Shown here piece after piece: positions 58,765-64,000 of a DNA stretch of 64,000 bases. The position numbers were made by a program, and so were the translations under genes. The stretch lies in NCBI GenBank assembly GCA_964016885.1, contig OZ024762.1:17174001-17238000 (forward strand), given 5' to 3'. The notes under the pieces were generated by a model. That model made no database searches and was not told the origin of the DNA. It saw only the letters and a program-made list of their open reading frames with translations. Position 1 is the first letter of the stretch. Each line of letters begins with the position of its first letter. The DNA comes from Eledone cirrhosa. Its lineage: Eukaryota.

Positions 58765-60012
58765 TGAAATGTTTAAGGCGTATATTCAACATTAAGTGGG
58801 GGGACAGAACTCCGGACACCCATGTCCTTATCAAAGCAGAATGTCCAAGCATTGAGTCGCAAGTAACATCTTCTCAAATGCGCTGGACAGGACATATCGT
58901 CCGCATGAAAGAAAGCAGAATCCTGAAGCAACTGTTTTACAGTGTGCGCCATCTTGGAAAAAGGCCTCAACACAAACCGAAAATGAGGTTCAGGGACAGC
59001 ATCAAGAACAACCTCAAAGAGCTGACATTTGATATAGACAACTGGAAGGGGAGAGCTCTAAATAGGGCTGAGTGGAGAAAGCGCATAAAGGACAATTGCA
59101 AAACTTTTAAGGAATGTCGTCTGGAACATAAACAACTGAAGCGTCAGCACCGAAATAGCTGTGCTCAGTCTTGATGAAGTCATCAGTAGTTGGACATGCA
59201 ATTTCTATCAGCGTGTACTCCTCTCAAAGGCTGGTTATGTTAATCACCTGAAGTTACATGAAAGGATAACCACCCGCAACACCACTCAACAAAGACCTGG
59301 CGAAACAACGTGCCTGATATGCAACAAAGTGTGTAGAACTAGTTCAGGACTAAAAAAAATAAAAAATAAAAAAACATGGTGGTACATAAAGATTGTGTCC
59401 CACAGGGTGACTCCACCGGTCCTGTGGAAAGCACAACTCTCTTCTGTCACCTGTGTCGTAAACCATGCAGATCTACAGCTGGCCTACAAAGTCATCTATG
59501 AAGTCCCTCACGGTGACCCGCCTCCGGTCTTGTGACAAACACAACTCTCTTCTGTCACCTGTGTCGTAAACCATGCAGATCTACAGCTGGCCTACAAAGT
59601 CATCTATGAAGTCCCTCACGGTGACTCCACCGGTCCTGTGGAAAGCACAACTCTCTTCTGTCACCTGTGTCGTAAACCATGCAGATCTACAGCTGGCCTA
59701 CAAAGTCATCTATGAAGTCCCTCACGGTGACCCGCCTCCGGTCTTGTGACAAACACAACTCTCTTCTGTCACCTGTGTCGTAAACCATGCAGATCTACAG
59801 CTGGCCTACAAAGTCATCTATGAAGTCCCTCACGGTGACTCCACCGGTCCTGTGGAAAGCACAACTCTCTTCTGTCACCTGTGTCGTAAACCATGCAGAT
59901 CTACAGCTGGCCTACAAAGTCATCTACGAAGTCATGGACACAGATGGGATGATAACTAAGAATCAATAAGAGACGGCAATCGTCTGTTAAGACGCTGCAA
60001 TCCTCATGTACG
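58765..60012 (+). pseudogene. RTE-clade LINE 3' fragment with three C2H2-like fingers
   Basis: CLRRIFNIKW..QMRWTGHIVRM..LKQLFY..GKRP..RFRDSIK..W..A.NRAEWR is the RTE post-RT domain. Fingers CNFY..NHLKLH, CLICNKVC and CHLC..SHLRSH. Confidence 0.9.
59403..59932 (+). repeat. Tandem array of five 106/108-bp units (A-B-A-B-A)
   Basis: Unit starts at 59403, 59509, 59617, 59723 and 59831. Confidence 0.95.
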
Positions 60013-60215
60013 TATGGTCTTCAAGATTAACAATTAGAAACACAGAAAAATGAATATCAGGACGTATCGGACGGTAGTCCTTTAATGGGAAGAAGTAGTG
60101 TTAAGAGAGAGATGATGATGTAAATTTGGAATTTAAAAACAGATTATGTGGGGCTGAGAATGAATGAGATTAAGACGAAGTATCTGGTAGAGAACATATA
60201 TATATATATGTCTGT

Positions 60216-60253
<38 letters not shown>

Positions 60254-60545
60254 TACACTCTGTTTAGCTCTACACTTCGCCACTGACGTGAACCTAAACA
60301 TCGAGTGCTCACCTGAGTGAACTTACAATACCTTCACGTTACACTCTCTGGATATATATATATATAAATAAATAGCTTAGAGTTTAGACTCAAAGAGGTC
60401 ATTTACAATCATTTCAGCTCTAGGAATCGCTTCTGAGCAGTATAAATTAATATTTGATGAACATTTACATGTTATAGTTGCAATTGACTAATAATATCTT
60501 ATTAGTCAATTGCAACTATAACATGTAAATGTTCATCAAATATTA

Positions 60546-60607
<62 letters not shown>

Positions 60608-60689
60608 CTAGAAATTGATTAACATATAGATAAACATGGCGCATGTCTTTCTGGAATGACACCCATAATTTTGATTATCTTAATTTTGG

Positions 60690-60789
<100 letters not shown>

Positions 60790-60797
60790 TATATAGA

Positions 60798-61123
60798 GTT
60801 AGGGAAGCAGAAAATTGCTTATTGTAAATCCAGTTCGTGGTTAAGACAGCCAGTTTCATGGACGGTTTCAACGTACGGTTAGGGGTAACTCCACAAGTTT
60901 GTAAGAATCACGTTCAATCTTGGAGTATAAAGAATAAAAGAGAAAACACAGGTAAGCATTAAAAAAAGGATTTTATCCAGGTATTTACGACCGTTTCATT
61001 GGTAAGCGCAACCTTTGAGTGCCTATTTGCAGTATAGCGATATAAGGTTGCACTTACCAATGAAACGGTCGTAAATACCTGGATAAAATCCTTTTTTTAA
61101 TGCTTACCTGTGTTTTCTCTTTT

Positions 61124-61128
<5 letters not shown>
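60798..61128. mobile_element. PLE-derived palindrome with HHR 3' half
   Basis: ~85-nt arms 60931-61015 and 61044-61128. GAAAC-ggtc-GTA at 61062-61073. Long arm with tail hairpin on the left. Confidence 0.7.
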
Positions 61129-61176
<48 letters not shown>

Positions 61177-61180
<4 letters not shown>

Positions 61181-61365
61181 AAGTATGACCCCAACGGCAG
61201 AGCTCAAGCCGTTTCGACGGCTATTTCTGGTCCATAAATAGCCGTCGAAACGGCTTGAGCTCTGCCGTCGGGGTTATACTTTTTCCTATTACCCACTCTA
61301 CTACCCTAAGTTTTGAGTACTCTGGTGCGTTATGGTCCATCTGGTTCCTTACCACAATTCCTTCG

Positions 61366-61367
<2 letters not shown>
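61177..61367. mobile_element. Family B palindrome (opposite orientation)
   Basis: Same arms and tail as 13113, reversed. Confidence 0.75.
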
Positions 61368-61397
<30 letters not shown>

Positions 61398-61401
<4 letters not shown>

Positions 61402-63215
61402 AAATGAAAATCCGAAAGCAAGGTAAAATTCCAATCATTTAATCACGACACATGTTTCAATAAGAGATAGATCGATTGTGAAGCCATGATCGATTATCAC
61501 TGATCCCATCAGATGAAAATGAATTGTCTTCAAATTCTTGATATAAGCGAGAAAAATAACGATGTTCTCTCACAGAATTCATTCCCTCATATGAAGAGAC
61601 ACCAGTCAGAGACACGGCGACTGCTATTAACTTCAGTTGAAGTCATAAAAGTTTTCAGATTTCTATCGCTGCAAAAGACGCTGGACATCAATCAAATCTG
61701 TAGGGATACAGTCAGTCACAGTTAATGTGAGTGGGTACACACGCATTCCACACCCACATACACCGGCTCGAGGTCAAAGAAAAATATATACATATATATA
61801 CACACATCAACACAGTATTAAACCTGTAGAGTTAGTGTGGGTGGGTACACACATACTCTCACACACACCGAAGCGATGTCCGAGGAAAAACAAATATAAG
61901 AAAACAAATAAATAAATATAAGAATGTACCAATACAGCACTCACCAAAAGTTAGTTCACAAAACAACAGAAGCTATATTGGTCAAATCTCAATTTGACGA
62001 TGTAAATTGGAAATATTGGGTTAACCAACGCCCCATACACACACACACAAGCAAGTAAGTTCAGTGTTCTGCTTTACGTGTATAGATTGAATTGTAACAT
62101 CCGTATCTTCAAGTGTATGTTATGGTATATACACATCCGAATCGTCAAATAAAAGGTATGTCCGGGTATATACACATCCATGTGAAGAGCAAGCAATCAG
62201 CTCATATCGAACTCAGTATGTACAGCTGTCCCATTGAGAATCCGGGTCACCAAATCCGTGCGTGCAAGCAACCGCAATGTAGGCCAGCAAAGGGCTCCGT
62301 GTAGAGTTGAGTATTGGGTAAATCCGTCCGTAAGTGCGATTTCCCATCATATGGACCAATGAGCTTTTAAGATAGTTGTTTGAGTGGTGGAGGTGTGTTA
62401 TCCAATACAGAAGGTGTGTGTATGTGTATGTGTATATGTGTGTATGGGGCGTTGGTTAACCCAATATTTCCAATTTACATCGTCAAATTGAGATTTGACC
62501 AATATATCTTCTGTTGTTTTGTGAACTAACTTTTGGTGAGTGCTGTGTTGGTACATTCTTATATTTATTTATTTGTTTTCTTATATTTGTTTTTTCTCGG
62601 ACATCGCTTCGGTGTGTGTGAGAGTATGTGTGTACCCACCCACACTAACTCTACAGGTTTAATACTGTGTTGATGTGTGTATATATATGTATATATTTTT
62701 CTTTGACCTCGAGCCGGTGTATGTGGGTGTGGAATGTGTGTGTACCCACTCACATTAACTGTGACTGACTGTATCCCTACAGATTTGATTGGTGTCCAGC
62801 GTCTTTTGCAGCGATAGAAATCTGAAAACTTTTATGTCTTCAACTAAAGCTAATAGCAGTCGCCGTGTCTCTGACTGGTGTGTCTTCATATGAGGGAATG
62901 AATTCTGTGAGAGAACATCGTTATTTTTCTCCCTCATATCAAGAATTTGAAGACAATTCATTTTCACCTGATGAGATCAGTGATAATCGATCATGGCTTC
63001 ACAATCGATCTATCTCTTATTGAAACATGTGTCGTGATTAAATGATTGGAATTTTACCTTGCCTTCGGATTTTCATTTTGATACTTATACTCCGTTTTAC
63101 ATCATCTAGCTGTTCCCTTGAATGGAATTGGAGATATACAAAAGCGTGGAGAACTTAATATGGCTAACAAAGTTATTGGACCATTTTACACAACCAATAA
63201 TGCACCTTACTATAT

Positions 63216-63220
<5 letters not shown>
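61398..63220. mobile_element. Long inverted repeat (~645-bp arms, ~400-bp spacer) with HHR; PLE-type inverted pLTR
   Basis: 61398-62043 is the near-identical reverse complement of ~62438-63083. HHR tcac-CTGATGA-stem II-GAAAC-atgt-GTC-gtga at 62964-63037 (left copy has CTGATGG). Only the right arm continues, into a ~135-nt tail. Confidence 0.8.
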
Positions 63221-63272
<52 letters not shown>

Positions 63273-63276
<4 letters not shown>

Positions 63277-63457
63277 TAAACGGAATAGAAAATGCTGACA
63301 AATTGTTCACAGTGAAAAATAGTTTAATTAGGAATAAGTGATAATTAGTAATAGTATTGGTTAGTATTAAGTTTTGGTTTTAAGTTTTACCGGTTGCGCA
63401 TTTCTAATGCTTTTCAAAAATAATTTTGAGATAGAGCGTCCGTGATGTTTGCTCTGA

Positions 63458-63460
<3 letters not shown>
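63273..63460. repeat. Dispersed ~190-bp TA-flanked repeat (family E)
   Basis: Copies at 14893-15075 (-), 22447-22562 (-, partial) and 45781-45980 (+). Confidence 0.7.
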
Positions 63461-63499
<39 letters not shown>

Positions 63500-63633
63500 A
63501 TGAAATAAATGGAAACTATATTTATAAAACCATATTTATTCTATTATATATATTTCAATTTTTTGCCTGGAAAAGCTTGAACCGTTAAGATCTCCTTCCT
63601 GGATATGTCAATATTTATAAAACAAACTTTGTA

Positions 63634-63690
63634 TTTTATCTGATGAGAACGTACCAAAGTTTTGGTACACTTGAAATGTATATAATAGAA
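63634..63690 (+). ncRNA. Type I hammerhead ribozyme (family C)
   Basis: ttttat-CTGATGA-gaacgtaccaaagttttggtacactt-GAAAT-gtat-ATA-atagaa. Inverted short arm at 63505-63558. Confidence 0.75.
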
Positions 63691-63826
63691 TAAATATGGT
63701 TTTATAAATATAGTTTCCACTTATTAATATCATTGATATTATACTCCAGAAAACTTGTCGAGTGCTTCGAATCTGTTATAAATATATATATTTGTTGAAT
63801 TAACAACGAATTAAATATCCCTTTTG

Positions 63827-63878
<52 letters not shown>

Positions 63879-64000
63879 CATACATATATATATATAATGG
63901 AAAAATTTGAACAGGAACAAAACAGAGAGGCAGTACAACGAATGTTTATTAATTTCACGCAAAAGGGATATTTAATTTATATACATACATACATATATAT

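Noticed and set aside
61513-62967. Duplicated 62-70-aa ORFs in the long inverted repeat, and 78-80-aa ORFs in the 590-bp element
   Set aside because: They recur only because the DNA is repeated; no protein motifs.

Overview
AT-rich, microsatellite-saturated animal DNA. The repeat families suggest a cephalopod such as Octopus (inference). I recognise no host protein-coding gene; nearly all long ORFs in the track are translations of (TA)n, (CA)n or (TATG)n. The real content is mobile DNA. (1) A large, 5'-truncated Neptune-type Penelope-like element (PLE: RT plus C-terminal GIY-YIG) at ~46.9-50.1 kb on the minus strand. Its upstream coiled-coil-like ORF overlaps the RT frame at a U_UUU_UUA heptamer, a candidate programmed -1 frameshift. 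(2) About 20 type-I hammerhead ribozyme (HHR) motifs from 10 or more unrelated families, carried on short PLE-derived insertions in (TA)n. Many are outward-pointing palindromes with a fixed short arm and a longer arm whose tail carries a shared, covarying RCUC...GAGY stem-loop. (3) RTE, R4/Dong-like and Tx1-like LINE remnants tied to particular microsatellites. In two RTE copies the C-terminal zinc-finger region has seeded minisatellites (59 bp x ~33; 106/108 bp x 5). (4) Two tRNA-derived SINE groups, a ~590-bp non-autonomous RTE-like element, Helitron pieces, a pogo/Tigger-like MITE and several satellites. All calls are by eye; coordinates are approximate to a few bases.
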